Assembly (NCBI GenBank): GCA_947259875.1
Contig: CAMYNX010000071.1
Coordinates: 1 to 54,289, forward strand
Reading direction: 5' to 3'
From: an uncultured Gammaproteobacteria bacterium
GTDB taxonomy: Bacteria > Pseudomonadota > Gammaproteobacteria > Arenicellales > JAANXG01
Length of the DNA stretch: 54,289 nt
Made by a program: the position numbers and the translations under genes. Below, piece after piece: positions 28,264 to 38,198 of this stretch (its first letter is position 1; the number at the start of each line of letters is the position of its first letter). The notes beneath the pieces are model-generated. The model worked only from the letters and a program-made list of their open reading frames with translations, did not search any database and was not told the DNA's origin.

Positions 28264-29561
28264 ATGACATCATCGTTGAAATATCACCTCTACTTCGTGG
28301 TGCTGTTGGGCCTCAGCACAATCGTGGCCGCGTGCGCATTGTTGGCAAAACCACGCCCCGAGGACGGATTCCATGCGGATGCGGTCAACTCCCCGCATCA
28401 TTCATGCCCGAAGGCGACGGGTTGGTTCGACCCTGACGCGGGCGTTGCCCTCGATTCGTCCACACTGATCAGCTCACTCGCGCAGCGGTCGGCGGTGTTG
28501 CTCGGCGAAAGCCATCCCAGTGCCGAGGATCACCGCTGGCAACTTCACACCTTGGCCGCCCTGATCGGACGCAACCCCAACATGGTCATTGGTTTCGAGA
28601 TGTTTCCCCGATCGGCACAGCCGGTGCTGGACCGGTGGATAAATGGAGAGCTTGACGAGCGCGCGTTCTTGGACGAGGTAAAATGGGACGAGGTGTGGGG
28701 CTACGATGCAAAACTTTACTTACCCATATTTCATTTCGCCCGACAAAATCGCATTCCGATATTAGCGATCAATGTTCAACGCAGTCTCGTTGAGCGCGTT
28801 GGCGACAAAGGCTGGGCGAACATCCCCGTCGCTGAACGTGAAGGCGTGTCGGATCCGGCACCGGTGAGCGACGCCTATCGGCACGAGTTGGCGCACGTGT
28901 ACCAGATCAAGAAGTCTACCGATCCCCATACCATACATAAGGCGCCGCCCATGGGTGATGTTGGTCACGAAGGTTTCGACGAGATTTTGCACGACCCCAA
29001 TTTTCAGCGTTTTGTGGAGGCCCAATCGACGTGGGACCGGGCCATGGCCGAGGGCCTCGCGGCGGGATTGAAAATGCACCGGGCGACACTCGCGGTCGGC
29101 ATAATGGGCAGTGGTCATGTCGCCTACGGAAGCGGCGTCGCCCATCAGCTGGTTGACCTAGGGGTCGCCGACGTAGCGACGGCGATCACCATTTCTCCTC
29201 CCGACGGCTGCGGAGAAATGCAACCCGGTGTGGCGGACGCGGTGTTCATTTTGCCGGAGACCACCATCCACAAACCCGATCATCCGCTTTTGGGCGTACA
29301 CATCACGAGCGCCGATGGAGGCGTATTGATAGAACGTGTCGTTCCGGACAGCGTTGCCGAGGCCGCAGGCCTCAAGCAAGGCGATGTGATCATTAGCGCT
29401 GCCGGGAGTCACGTCAAAAAAAGCTCGGAACTGGGCGCATTATCCGCCGGCAAGCGCCGGGAACTTGGTTGCCGCTGGAGGTGCGGCGTGGTGAGACGAT
29501 GATCGAGATTATTGCCAAATTTCCCCCGCCATCCGCCATGAACGGTTTGCAATCCGGTTAG
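28264..29561 (+). pseudogene. ChaN-family (heme/iron uptake-associated) lipoprotein with PDZ domain, late frameshift near 29435
   Basis: VAAC lipobox, VLLGESH, GFEMFP, WDRAMA, IMGSGH, PDZ (VVPDSVAEAAGLKQGDVI). The natural end IIRRQAPGTWLPLEVRRG...IAKFP* lies in another frame, ending at 29561. Confidence 0.82.
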
Positions 29562-29616
29562 CTATTCCGCTTGGATGTTCCGGCCTCAATTTATCGCTAA
29601 CGGGTGCCGCCGCCGG

Positions 29617-30882
29617 TTACGTGCCTTCCCGCCAGGATGCCAGGTACTCCTCCTGCTCGCCGCTCAAATAATCGATGTTGATTCCCATCGCCGCTAATTT
29701 GAGGCGGGCGACTTCTTGGTCCACTGCTGGCGGCACCCCATGGACAGCATGCTCTAGCTGATCGTGGTGTTCGGCCAGATATGCGGCGCATAGCGCCTGG
29801 TTTGCGAAACTCATATCCATCACCGCCGCTGGGTGACCCTCCGCAGCGGCGAGATTGACCAGCCGTCCCTCGGCCAGCAGGCGGATTCGGCGCCCATCGG
29901 TCAATCTATATTCTTCGACGTTTGCCCGCGGCCGGTGTTTACCGGCAGCCATTTGTTCGAGCGCCGGAATATTGATCTCTATATTAAAATGTCCCGAATT
30001 GGCGACTACGCAACCGTCTTTCATCACCTCGAAGTGTTGACGATCGATGACATGCTTATCACCGGTAACGGTGACCACAAAATCGGATATCGCCACCGCC
30101 TTCACCAGCGGCATGACCTCGAATCCGTCCATCATCGCTTCGAGCGCGCGCACCGGTTCAACCTCGGTGACAATCACCCTCGCGCCGTGGCCGCTGGCGC
30201 GCATCGCCAAACCATGCCCACACCAACCATAACCGGCTACAGTGAAAACCTTCCCCGCCACCAGCATATTAGTGGCGCGAATCACGCCGTCCAACGTGCT
30301 CTGGCCGGTGCCGTAGCGGTTGTCGAACAGGTGTTTGGTCATCGCGTCATTGACCGCAATTACGGGGAATCGCAGCGCCCGATCACGGGCCATAGCCCTC
30401 AATCGCACCACACCCGTGGTGGTTTCCTCGGTGCCGCCAAACATGGTTGGCAACAACTCCGGACGAGATTTGTGCATCTCACTCACCAGGTCGGCGCCGT
30501 CATCCATCACCACCACCGGTTTGTGATCGAGCGCCGCCTCGATGTGTTGATAGTAGACGTCGGTGTCTTCGCCACGGATGGCGTGGACCGAAATATTGAA
30601 ATCACGCACCAGGGACGCGGCAACGTCGTCTTGGGTGCTCAATGGGTTACTGGCGCACAGCACCACATCGGCGCCACCGGCTTTGAGGGTACGGGCAAGA
30701 TTAGCGGTCTCGGTGGTGATGTGCAGACAACCGCTCATGCGTAGACCTGCGAGCGGCCGTTGCTGCTCAAAGCGCGTCATCAGGCCACGCATAACCGGCA
30801 TCTCCTGCAAGGCCCATTCGATCCGTTCGCGGCCACGTTCCGCGAAGGAGAGATCCTTGATATCGGATAACTCAGCGTTCAT
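29617..30882 (-). CDS. ahcY: Adenosylhomocysteinase
   Basis: [61 protein letters not shown]. Confidence 0.97.
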   Translation of the reverse strand: MNAELSDIKDLSFAERGRERIEWALQEMPVMRGLMTRFEQQRPLAGLRMSGCLHITTETANLARTLKAGGADVVLCASNPLSTQDDVAASLVRDFNISVHAIRGEDTDVYYQHIEAALDHKPVVVMDDGADLVSEMHKSRPELLPTMFGGTEETTTGVVRLRAMARDRALRFPVIAVNDAMTKHLFDNRYGTGQSTLDGVIRATNMLVAGKVFTVAGYGWCGHGLAMRASGHGARVIVTEVEPVRALEAMMDGFEVMPLVKAVAISDFVVTVTGDKHVIDRQHFEVMKDGCVVANSGHFNIEINIPALEQMAAGKHRPRANVEEYRLTDGRRIRLLAEGRLVNLAAAEGHPAAVMDMSFANQALCAAYLAEHHDQLEHAVHGVPPAVDQEVARLKLAAMGINIDYLSGEQEEYLASWREGT

Positions 30883-31040
30883 ACCCCAGATAATGAAGGA
30901 TTACCGCTATAGATCCTTTGATTCTTATCAAAGGGATCGCCATGTTTTGTGTTTATGCTATGCGGCACCACGAGGCCTTTGTTGGCGTTTCGCTGGGGTG
31001 GGCGTAGATTTTTTCAAGCAAACATGCTCATAGGTAGGGA

Positions 31041-31871
31041 ATGAGGGACTGCGACTGCATCAGCCTGTTGCAATGGGCACTCCCGCGCCTGCACATGCAG
31101 TGGCGCGGATTTCGCAAGGTGCGCGGTCAAGTCTGCAAGCGCATCCAGCGGCGCATGCGTGAGCTTTCGATCACCGATGTTGCCCTCTACCGTGACCATC
31201 TCGAACAACACGCAGATGAGTGGCTGCTGTTGCGCGACCTGTGCCGGATTACCATCTCCCGTTTTTGGCGTGACAAAGGCGCGTACCTCTCTCTAGAAAG
31301 TAACGTCTTGCCCACCCTGGCCCAGCAAGCAATCCAGCGCGGCGACGACACGCTCCGGATCTGGAGCGCCGGCTGTGGATCTGGCGACGAACCATATTCG
31401 GTCACATTGGTGTGGGAGCTGAAACTTCGCGACCGGTTTCCGTCGCTCAATCTACGCGTGCTTGCCACCGACATTGATCGTGCCGTATTGGCACGGGCCA
31501 AGACAGCCTGCTACGGCCGCGGCAGTCTCAAAGATCTCCCGGCCGACTGGCGCGTGATCGCTTTCCAGCAGATCGCTGACGCTTACTGTCTTCGCCAGCG
31601 ATTCAAACGGTGTGTCACTTTTCGGTTTCATGATGTGCGCGACCCGCCGCCCAGCGTTCGGTTTGATCTAATCCTATGCCGCAACCTGGTGTTTACCTAT
31701 TTTGACGAAACCCTGCAGCGCTCGGTTGTCGGCCATTTGATCAATTCATTGGTGCCCGACGGCGCCTTGATGCTGGGGTCCCACGAGCAGCTATCCGCTG
31801 ATGAACAGCGGCTAAAGGGTTGGCCGGCGCTGCCTTGTTTCTTTACCACCCAAGAACGCCTCCGCACTTGA
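31041..31871 (+). CDS. cheR: CheR-type SAM-dependent methyltransferase (orphan)
   Basis: ITISRFWRD, IWSAGCGSGDEPYS, ATDID, FDLILCRNLVFTYF, LMLGSHE. Confidence 0.9.
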   Translation: MRDCDCISLLQWALPRLHMQWRGFRKVRGQVCKRIQRRMRELSITDVALYRDHLEQHADEWLLLRDLCRITISRFWRDKGAYLSLESNVLPTLAQQAIQRGDDTLRIWSAGCGSGDEPYSVTLVWELKLRDRFPSLNLRVLATDIDRAVLARAKTACYGRGSLKDLPADWRVIAFQQIADAYCLRQRFKRCVTFRFHDVRDPPPSVRFDLILCRNLVFTYFDETLQRSVVGHLINSLVPDGALMLGSHEQLSADEQRLKGWPALPCFFTTQERLRT

Positions 31872-31949
31872 CTATAAATTAAGAAACAGATTTTTGACTC
31901 CGAGCAAGGACATTGAGGCTTGCATGGAGTCCAATATGCATAAAAGCAT

Positions 31950-33008
31950 TTGAATCAATTTGAAATGCGGTGTTCTCCATCTGCGTTAAAAAACGAGGCC
32001 CAGCGTCTCTACCAGAGGCTTAACAAACTCGGCTGGACGTTAGACGACTGCGAACTCATCGCGCCTACCACCTTAGAAATTAAGCAGCTCAAGACCGAGC
32101 AACATGCCGTCATTCTGGCGCATTCCTACCAGACCCCGGACATCATGTATGGCGTCGGTGATTTCATCGGAGATTCCTACAGCCTCAGTGTGACTGCCAC
32201 TACTCATCCGGCGCAAAAAATCATCTTTTGCTCGGACTATTTCATGGGTGAAACCGCAAAACTCCTCAATCCCGATAAAGAGGTGCTGGTACCCCGAGTA
32301 GCAGGCTGTTCGCTGGCGGATTCTATAACCGGCGAACAGGTCCGCGCCCCGAGAAAAAAGTATCCCCACGCGGGGATCGTGTGTTATGTGAATAGCTATG
32401 CCGAGGTGAAGGCGGAGAGTGACGCGTCCTGCACTTCATCTAACGTAGTTGAAGTTGTGGAGGCGATGCCGCAACAGGAAATCGTTTTCATTCCGGACAA
32501 ATTGATGGGTCTGAACCTGCGCACGATGACCTCCAAAAAAATTATCATCTGGGATGGAATCTGTGTCGTGCATGAAGGCTTTGGTGAAGAAACCGTTCGT
32601 GACATCCGCCGGCGGTTCCCGGGCGTTAAAATCCTCGCCCACCCGGAATGCGCGCCTGGGGTAGTAGCCTTGGTCGACTATGCCGGGGGTACATCGGGCA
32701 TGTTGAACTATGTTCGTGCCTCTGCTGCCGCGATATTCATGCTGGTTACCGAGTGTGGTCTGACCGACCGGTTCAAGGCGGAATTTCCAGACAAGCAGAT
32801 CGTGGGCACCTGTATCCTGTGCCCCTACATGAAAAAAATCCAGCTCGTCGATGTATTACAAGCATTAAGAAATCCCGCCCCGGAGCAATACATAAAGATA
32901 CCTGACGACATAGCCGATCGCGCCCAGGCCAGCCTGCAACGGATGTTCGAGTTGGAGCAGGAAGGAAAAACACTGGTGAAACGCGGTGCCGGCGAGGCTG
33001 TATCGTAA
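31950..33008 (+). CDS. nadA: Quinolinate synthase A
   Basis: LAHSYQ, GDSY, FMGETAKLLNP, GCSLA, YVNS, CTSSN, CVVH, AHPEC, GTSG, CPYMK ([4Fe-4S] Cys ligands). Start uncertain. Confidence 0.93.
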   Translation: MNQFEMRCSPSALKNEAQRLYQRLNKLGWTLDDCELIAPTTLEIKQLKTEQHAVILAHSYQTPDIMYGVGDFIGDSYSLSVTATTHPAQKIIFCSDYFMGETAKLLNPDKEVLVPRVAGCSLADSITGEQVRAPRKKYPHAGIVCYVNSYAEVKAESDASCTSSNVVEVVEAMPQQEIVFIPDKLMGLNLRTMTSKKIIIWDGICVVHEGFGEETVRDIRRRFPGVKILAHPECAPGVVALVDYAGGTSGMLNYVRASAAAIFMLVTECGLTDRFKAEFPDKQIVGTCILCPYMKKIQLVDVLQALRNPAPEQYIKIPDDIADRAQASLQRMFELEQEGKTLVKRGAGEAVS

Positions 33009-33497
33009 TCGATTACGGAAAAACTTTACTCAGGCTTTCGCCTATCGCTGCTACATTCTACGCAGGAGCTGAATCCGCTGGGATTTCATGCACGCTGAAT
33101 CCCGCTTTTGAAACCATGGCATGTAAGCACTCTCTAACGCCATGATCAACAATTCTGTCCAAGAGGAAACGCTCCTCACAGCCACGCAGTGCAGGTTCGA
33201 GATTCAATAAGAAATGGAGATTGTCTTCGGTTTGCGTTGCGCTATGGCGACGGGGAAGATCGTTCGCCACGATTCTACAGAGGATTATCGTGGCCACAAA
33301 AATCGCGTGTCAATCAAAGGAATACCGGCGCTTGGAGTGCTGCACCACGATACAATAATCATCTTTAAGTTCACCGAGGTTAATATCTCCTAATATTGGC
33401 TGAAATAAAGCGCTGGCTCGTGAGATAATAACTGGGCTAAATCGCGCCGCAACCAAACCAGAACGGCCACGAAGTAGTGTATGGATAAAGTTTTGCG

Positions 33498-34850
33498 ATG
33501 ACCGCTCACCGATCTTTATATGTTTCGACCCTTTGCGGACTCGCATTGTTGATCAACCTCGACAGCGTAACGGGCGAGTCCAGTCAACAGCAGCGTACCG
33601 CCACCGGCGCGCCAACCCGGTTTGTAGTGACGCTCGTCGAAAAGGATGAGCGTCACCCGTGGTTCGGCAAGGGCTTCGTCGGCCGCGGGCATGAAATTGC
33701 CTTTGCGGTCGATGAAGTGCCGGGAAAGCAACTCACCCTGGTGCGGGGACAGACCTATGAGTTCGAAATACGCAGCGATCCATTACACGATTTCTACCTA
33801 TCCACCAGCCCCGTCGGCCGGGGGCGGAAGGTCTTGGTCGAAGGAGTAGAAGGAAACTTTACCTTCGATGGGACGGTGCAATTCACCCCCACGGCGCTGA
33901 CACCAAACGTCGTCTACTATCAATGTCAAAACCACACCTATATGGGTGGCCGGATTTTTATAGTGGATAAAGCGGGCCAGACGCCACAGCACGCGGCGCT
34001 GGAGGACGAAGCGAGTGAAGTAATCAAGGAACCCGAGGTCGATCCCCAAACCTTGATCAAGATGGTCAAGAACAAAATCGCCTTTGCCAAACTTAACGTT
34101 CGAAGTTCCTCAGGCGCAAAGCGCGTCAAATCGAGTGATCATTCCAAAGCCCAAACGATGTTGCGCGATGCAGACCGCATGATTGCGGAAGCGGAAACAA
34201 CCTTACGAGCAGGCGAAGCCGCGAAGGCCCAAGCGCTCATCGACGAGGCCATCCGCACCTCTAGTTCCGCTTTCCAGATGGTGCCCGACACACGTGAGAT
34301 CAAAAAGCGAGCGAAAGCGGATTATGAGACGCTCGTGCGCCGTGTCGAGGCATCCCTTGCATCGTATCAATCATATGAACTCACGGGGAAAAAGAAGGAC
34401 AGCGAGCAAACCAAGGTGGACACAACGAAGGTCCGGCAGGATCTGGTCACGGCCCAACGTTTGGCGAAGAAAGAGGACTACGAGGCCGCCAATAAGCTCT
34501 TAAGTGCGGCGCAGCAGTCCCTCGACACGGCGGTGGCAAAGATGTTAGAGGCCCAGACCCTCACCTATGAACTCAGTTTCGCGACCGCTAAAGACGAATA
34601 TCAATATGAACGCAATCGCAACCAGGAATACGCGAGATTGTTAGCAACAGTGATCGAGAAGTTGAATCCACCGCAAACCAAGATGACCCTGATCACCGTG
34701 CTCAGCAAACAAGGAGACAACCTGCTCAACAAAGCCGATCAAAGCGCTACCCAAGGTGATTTCAAACTTGCCATAGAGACCGTACAGAACTCGACTGTCC
34801 GGTATCAAAATGCAATACAAATGGCCGGCGTCCGGTTGTTTGGCCGATAG
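33498..34850 (+). CDS. Exported hypothetical protein: cupredoxin-like domain fused to an all-helical domain
   Basis: Signal peptide. LTLVRGQTYEF...PLHDFY...VVYYQCQNHTYMGGRI (His97, Cys143, His146, Met149). C-terminal ~265 aa is colinear with 35296..36174. Confidence 0.8.
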   Translation: MTAHRSLYVSTLCGLALLINLDSVTGESSQQQRTATGAPTRFVVTLVEKDERHPWFGKGFVGRGHEIAFAVDEVPGKQLTLVRGQTYEFEIRSDPLHDFYLSTSPVGRGRKVLVEGVEGNFTFDGTVQFTPTALTPNVVYYQCQNHTYMGGRIFIVDKAGQTPQHAALEDEASEVIKEPEVDPQTLIKMVKNKIAFAKLNVRSSSGAKRVKSSDHSKAQTMLRDADRMIAEAETTLRAGEAAKAQALIDEAIRTSSSAFQMVPDTREIKKRAKADYETLVRRVEASLASYQSYELTGKKKDSEQTKVDTTKVRQDLVTAQRLAKKEDYEAANKLLSAAQQSLDTAVAKMLEAQTLTYELSFATAKDEYQYERNRNQEYARLLATVIEKLNPPQTKMTLITVLSKQGDNLLNKADQSATQGDFKLAIETVQNSTVRYQNAIQMAGVRLFGR

Positions 34851-35000
34851 TGTGCACTTGTCTCAGCACAAAGATTGATCAATTCGGGTAATCCCAGGGA
34901 ACTCTACTGAGATTAGACCATACGGGTCCGCATCTGGAACCAGACCGGTATCTACGCGTCTTACATATGTACGTACGGCGAATCCACGCGGCAACTGCTC

Positions 35001-35275
35001 ACCCGCATATTGCCCCAACGATCCCGGATGATGCGGCGGGACTTGTGCTGTGCGGGGACAAGCGCAGGATCGAGCGGCTGCGCGCTGCGCTGGAGCGACA
35101 TGCGGAGCCGTACTGTGGGTTGTGCGAAGTGCAAGTCCAGGGGTTCAAGACCAAGCCAGCGCCGGGATAGGCGCGACTCTAGATACAAAACGTGGCACCG
35201 AACATTGATCGAATTCGTTATCTCAAACAAACTGTTAGCTCCCCTTTTCGCTGTCTGGTTGCGATCTGCGGGCTA
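35001..35275 (+). repeat. Diverged copy of the palindromic element
   Basis: cccgcatattgccccaacgatcccggatgatg...gctggagcgacatgc...agccagcgccgggatag aligns with 6857-7048. Ends gatctgcgggcta. Confidence 0.75.
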
Positions 35276-35295
35276 ACACGGAAATCGTATCCAAC

Positions 35296-36174
35296 ATGCC
35301 CAGATTCAATGTAAGGTTTTTAGCCATTGCTTTGTGGTCGGTCATGGTCACTTATGCCTGGGGTCAGGGGCCCATGGTACCGGGTAAGGAACAGACTGGT
35401 GCGCGTCTCAAGTTCGTGGAGAAGCTGACCGAACACTCTTCGGCCGCCGACCAGGTAAAGGAGAGCACTAATCCAGATGCGAAGGCGCGTCATGAACAAA
35501 CACGAGCGCTGTATCAGAAAGCCCTATCCGCCTACAACATCAATGACTATAAGGCCGCCGCTGAGCTATTGAATCAAGCCTTGCGGACCATGTTCGAGGC
35601 GGTGCGCATGGCTGATCCGGATAAAGTACTCGCTGAGAAAAGAGAACGAGACTTTCAGAGCCGGCTTGCCAGCGTGAACGCCCTGGCCGATGCCCACAAC
35701 CGCGTCAGCCAGGAGAAGGACGCCCGGGCCGCTAACTCTGAACTGCGGCAGTTAGTCGATCGTAAAGTTTCCCAAGCCCACACGTTACGGCAAGCAGGCA
35801 AGCTGGTCGCGGGACGACGCGCGTTAGATGAGGCCTACGTAGCGATCAAAGTGGCTATCGAGAGCCTACGGGGCGGCGACACGCTGGTTCGTGCGTTGCA
35901 TTTCGATACAAAAGAGGAGGAGTACCACTATGAAGTGGATCGCAATGACACGCACCGGATGCTCGTGGACGTTCTGTTACGGGAGAAGATGGAAGGGAGC
36001 GAAACAATCAAAAAGATGGTGCAATCATTTATCGACAAAGCAGCTGGCACCCGGAACAAGGCCGAAGAGCTGGCCGGCAAAGGCGACTACGACGCCGCGG
36101 TGAAGACCATGGAGCAATCAACCAAGGATATCCTGCGTGCAATACGCAGCGCGGGAATCTACATTCCGGGGTGA
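35296..36174 (+). CDS. Exported all-helical hypothetical protein, paralogue of the upstream gene's C-terminal domain
   Basis: Signal peptide. LHFDTKEEEYHYEVDRND motif versus LSFATAKDEYQYERNRN upstream. Ends AIRSAGIYIPG. Confidence 0.85.
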   Translation: MPRFNVRFLAIALWSVMVTYAWGQGPMVPGKEQTGARLKFVEKLTEHSSAADQVKESTNPDAKARHEQTRALYQKALSAYNINDYKAAAELLNQALRTMFEAVRMADPDKVLAEKRERDFQSRLASVNALADAHNRVSQEKDARAANSELRQLVDRKVSQAHTLRQAGKLVAGRRALDEAYVAIKVAIESLRGGDTLVRALHFDTKEEEYHYEVDRNDTHRMLVDVLLREKMEGSETIKKMVQSFIDKAAGTRNKAEELAGKGDYDAAVKTMEQSTKDILRAIRSAGIYIPG

Positions 36175-36603
36175 GCAAGGCGCGGGGCTTCAATCGAAGA
36201 TATGATCCGTGAAAAATGCTGTGACTTTGTCTGAAAGTAGTCCGGATAGGTAGGACTAGATTATAAAGTTTTTAATTCTTTGCCAAATCGACGCCAATTG
36301 TATTTACCTGTGCCATATATGAATGCCCCTTTGGTGTTTGCCACGGAGATATTATCCATTATTAGCAATCGATTGGATTGATAGGCTGATTGATATTTCG
36401 CTTGTCCACGGTATCGTTTACTTGTCATTCAAATGCGCGGTAATAACCAATATTTGTCAATCACGTCCTTACTTCGTAGAATCTATGATCCGGAAAATTG
36501 GATGTCAATCGATCCACAGCGCCAACAACGACGATAAGCAAAGCGGTACCGACCACTAAGCAGACGACCGCTTCCCAGCTATTTAAAGGCCAGAGGGCAA
36601 GGA

Positions 36604-37521
36604 ATGAACACGAATACCGCTCCCAGGTTGATACTCGCCGCGTTCATTTGCATATCACCTATTTTTAGTATTGTGAGCACTCACGCGGAGTGGGCCGAAT
36701 GGATCGCGGAGGGAGAACTCAAGTATCTCGACAGCGACAATATAAATTACTCGGCGTTCTCCAACGACGAACTGAGTGACAATGCCATCGTTCCGTCGCT
36801 GTCTATCGGCCGCTTCAAGCAGATCGGCGATAACACCCGGCTGCGCCTGGCGGGTAGTTTAGAACTTGGCAAGTTTGATGAGTTTGACAAGCTAGACTAC
36901 GTAAAGCTCGGCGTGACAGCAGCATTGCGGCATAAGCTGGGGCTAGGTCTCGAGGTGCCGTGGATTAGTGGGGAAGTATCGTTATCGGCGTTAGATGTAG
37001 ACTCGAACATTCGCGATGACAGTACGCTATATGAATTCGGTATACGCAGCGGCAAGCGGTTCACGCCGCGTCTCGACGGCCAGATAGGTCTCGAATACAC
37101 CAAGCGGGACGGAAAAAACGGGCCAGTGGTCGACCCCGCTATCCCTACGGACGTCTTTGACCAGGAAAGTGTGGCCCTGGTGCTGGAGGGCGGATTTCTC
37201 TTGAGCGAGAAAGCACTAATGACAGTTGGCTATTCCTACCGCAGTGGGGACTTTGATTCCGCTTGTACGGGCCCCAACGTCGCTACGGTGTTGGCTGTTG
37301 AAAACGTCAAGGCGATCACATTTGATGATGCCTTCAACCTCTCGGTGCCAATGTGTGCATATAAGCTGGATGGCAAGACCAATATCTTCGATGTTAGTCT
37401 GTTGTACTCTTTGCATCCCAATTGGTCGGTTGAACTCGGCATTGAATACCACGACGGCAAGGGGGATGTACTGGAATACGACGCCACCATCGTCCGGTTC
37501 GGGTTCTCATACGTGCGCTAG
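36604..37521 (+). CDS. Outer-membrane beta-barrel protein of unknown function
   Basis: Signal peptide ending THA, amphipathic strands, C-terminal VRFGFSYVR, and a Cys pair in one long loop. Confidence 0.75.
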   Translation: MNTNTAPRLILAAFICISPIFSIVSTHAEWAEWIAEGELKYLDSDNINYSAFSNDELSDNAIVPSLSIGRFKQIGDNTRLRLAGSLELGKFDEFDKLDYVKLGVTAALRHKLGLGLEVPWISGEVSLSALDVDSNIRDDSTLYEFGIRSGKRFTPRLDGQIGLEYTKRDGKNGPVVDPAIPTDVFDQESVALVLEGGFLLSEKALMTVGYSYRSGDFDSACTGPNVATVLAVENVKAITFDDAFNLSVPMCAYKLDGKTNIFDVSLLYSLHPNWSVELGIEYHDGKGDVLEYDATIVRFGFSYVR

Positions 37522-37538
37522 AGCGCGGTGGTCTTGAG

Positions 37539-38198
37539 ATGAGTATGACGTTGTCTAGGTTGGGGTTCATCCTGCTTCTTGCGGGGGGCTCTCACGCAGG
37601 TGGCGCCAGCGGGCTGACGGTGACCGTAATGGACGATAAAAGTCGTCCCGTTGAGGGCGCGGTCGTGATCGCCAGGCCGGCCGATGATGTCAAGGTGAGA
37701 CCGGTGACCAGCGAACTCGCAACCATTGACCAGAAGGGCAAGGAGTTCATCCCCCACGTCAGCCCCATCCGTGCAGGTACCAAAGTCCAGTTTCCCAACA
37801 GCGACAACATCCGGCACCACGTGTATTCCTTCTCCTCGGCGAAAAAGTTCGAAATACCGTTGTATAAGGGCACCCCAGCCAAACCAATTGTGTTCGACAA
37901 ACCAGGCGTTGTGGTACTGGGTTGCAACATTCACGACTGGATGACGGCCTATGTGTACGTGTCTGACGTGCCCTACCTTGCCGTCACCGAAAAAGACGGT
38001 ACCACGACCATCAAGGAGTTGCCGACCGGCACCTACAAGGTCGAAGTCTGGCATCCACAAATGAGAGGCACACCAACACCTAGGCGGCATCAAGTATCAT
38101 TGAATCCTACCGGCCCCCAAAAAGTCGTATTCTCCATCAAACAAAAAAAGGCATGGCGCGCCCGGCGGTTATCGAGCAACCTGAGAAGAGGATACTAG
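37539..38198 (+). CDS. Periplasmic cupredoxin-fold protein (so-called methylamine utilization protein family)
   Basis: IDQKGKEFIPHV, FPNSDNIRHHVYSFS, LGCNIHDWMTAYV (His/Cys/His/Met), VWHP. Confidence 0.88.
   Translation: MSMTLSRLGFILLLAGGSHAGGASGLTVTVMDDKSRPVEGAVVIARPADDVKVRPVTSELATIDQKGKEFIPHVSPIRAGTKVQFPNSDNIRHHVYSFSSAKKFEIPLYKGTPAKPIVFDKPGVVVLGCNIHDWMTAYVYVSDVPYLAVTEKDGTTTIKELPTGTYKVEVWHPQMRGTPTPRRHQVSLNPTGPQKVVFSIKQKKAWRARRLSSNLRRGY

Noticed and set aside
33397-33412. Sigma54 promoter upstream of the cupredoxin fusion
   Set aside because: GG-N10-GC spacing is present, but the conserved TTGC and CAC context is missing. Likely chance.
37539-38198. Methylamine utilisation pathway
   Set aside because: The family label is a legacy annotation, and no mauAB/mauDEG genes are present.
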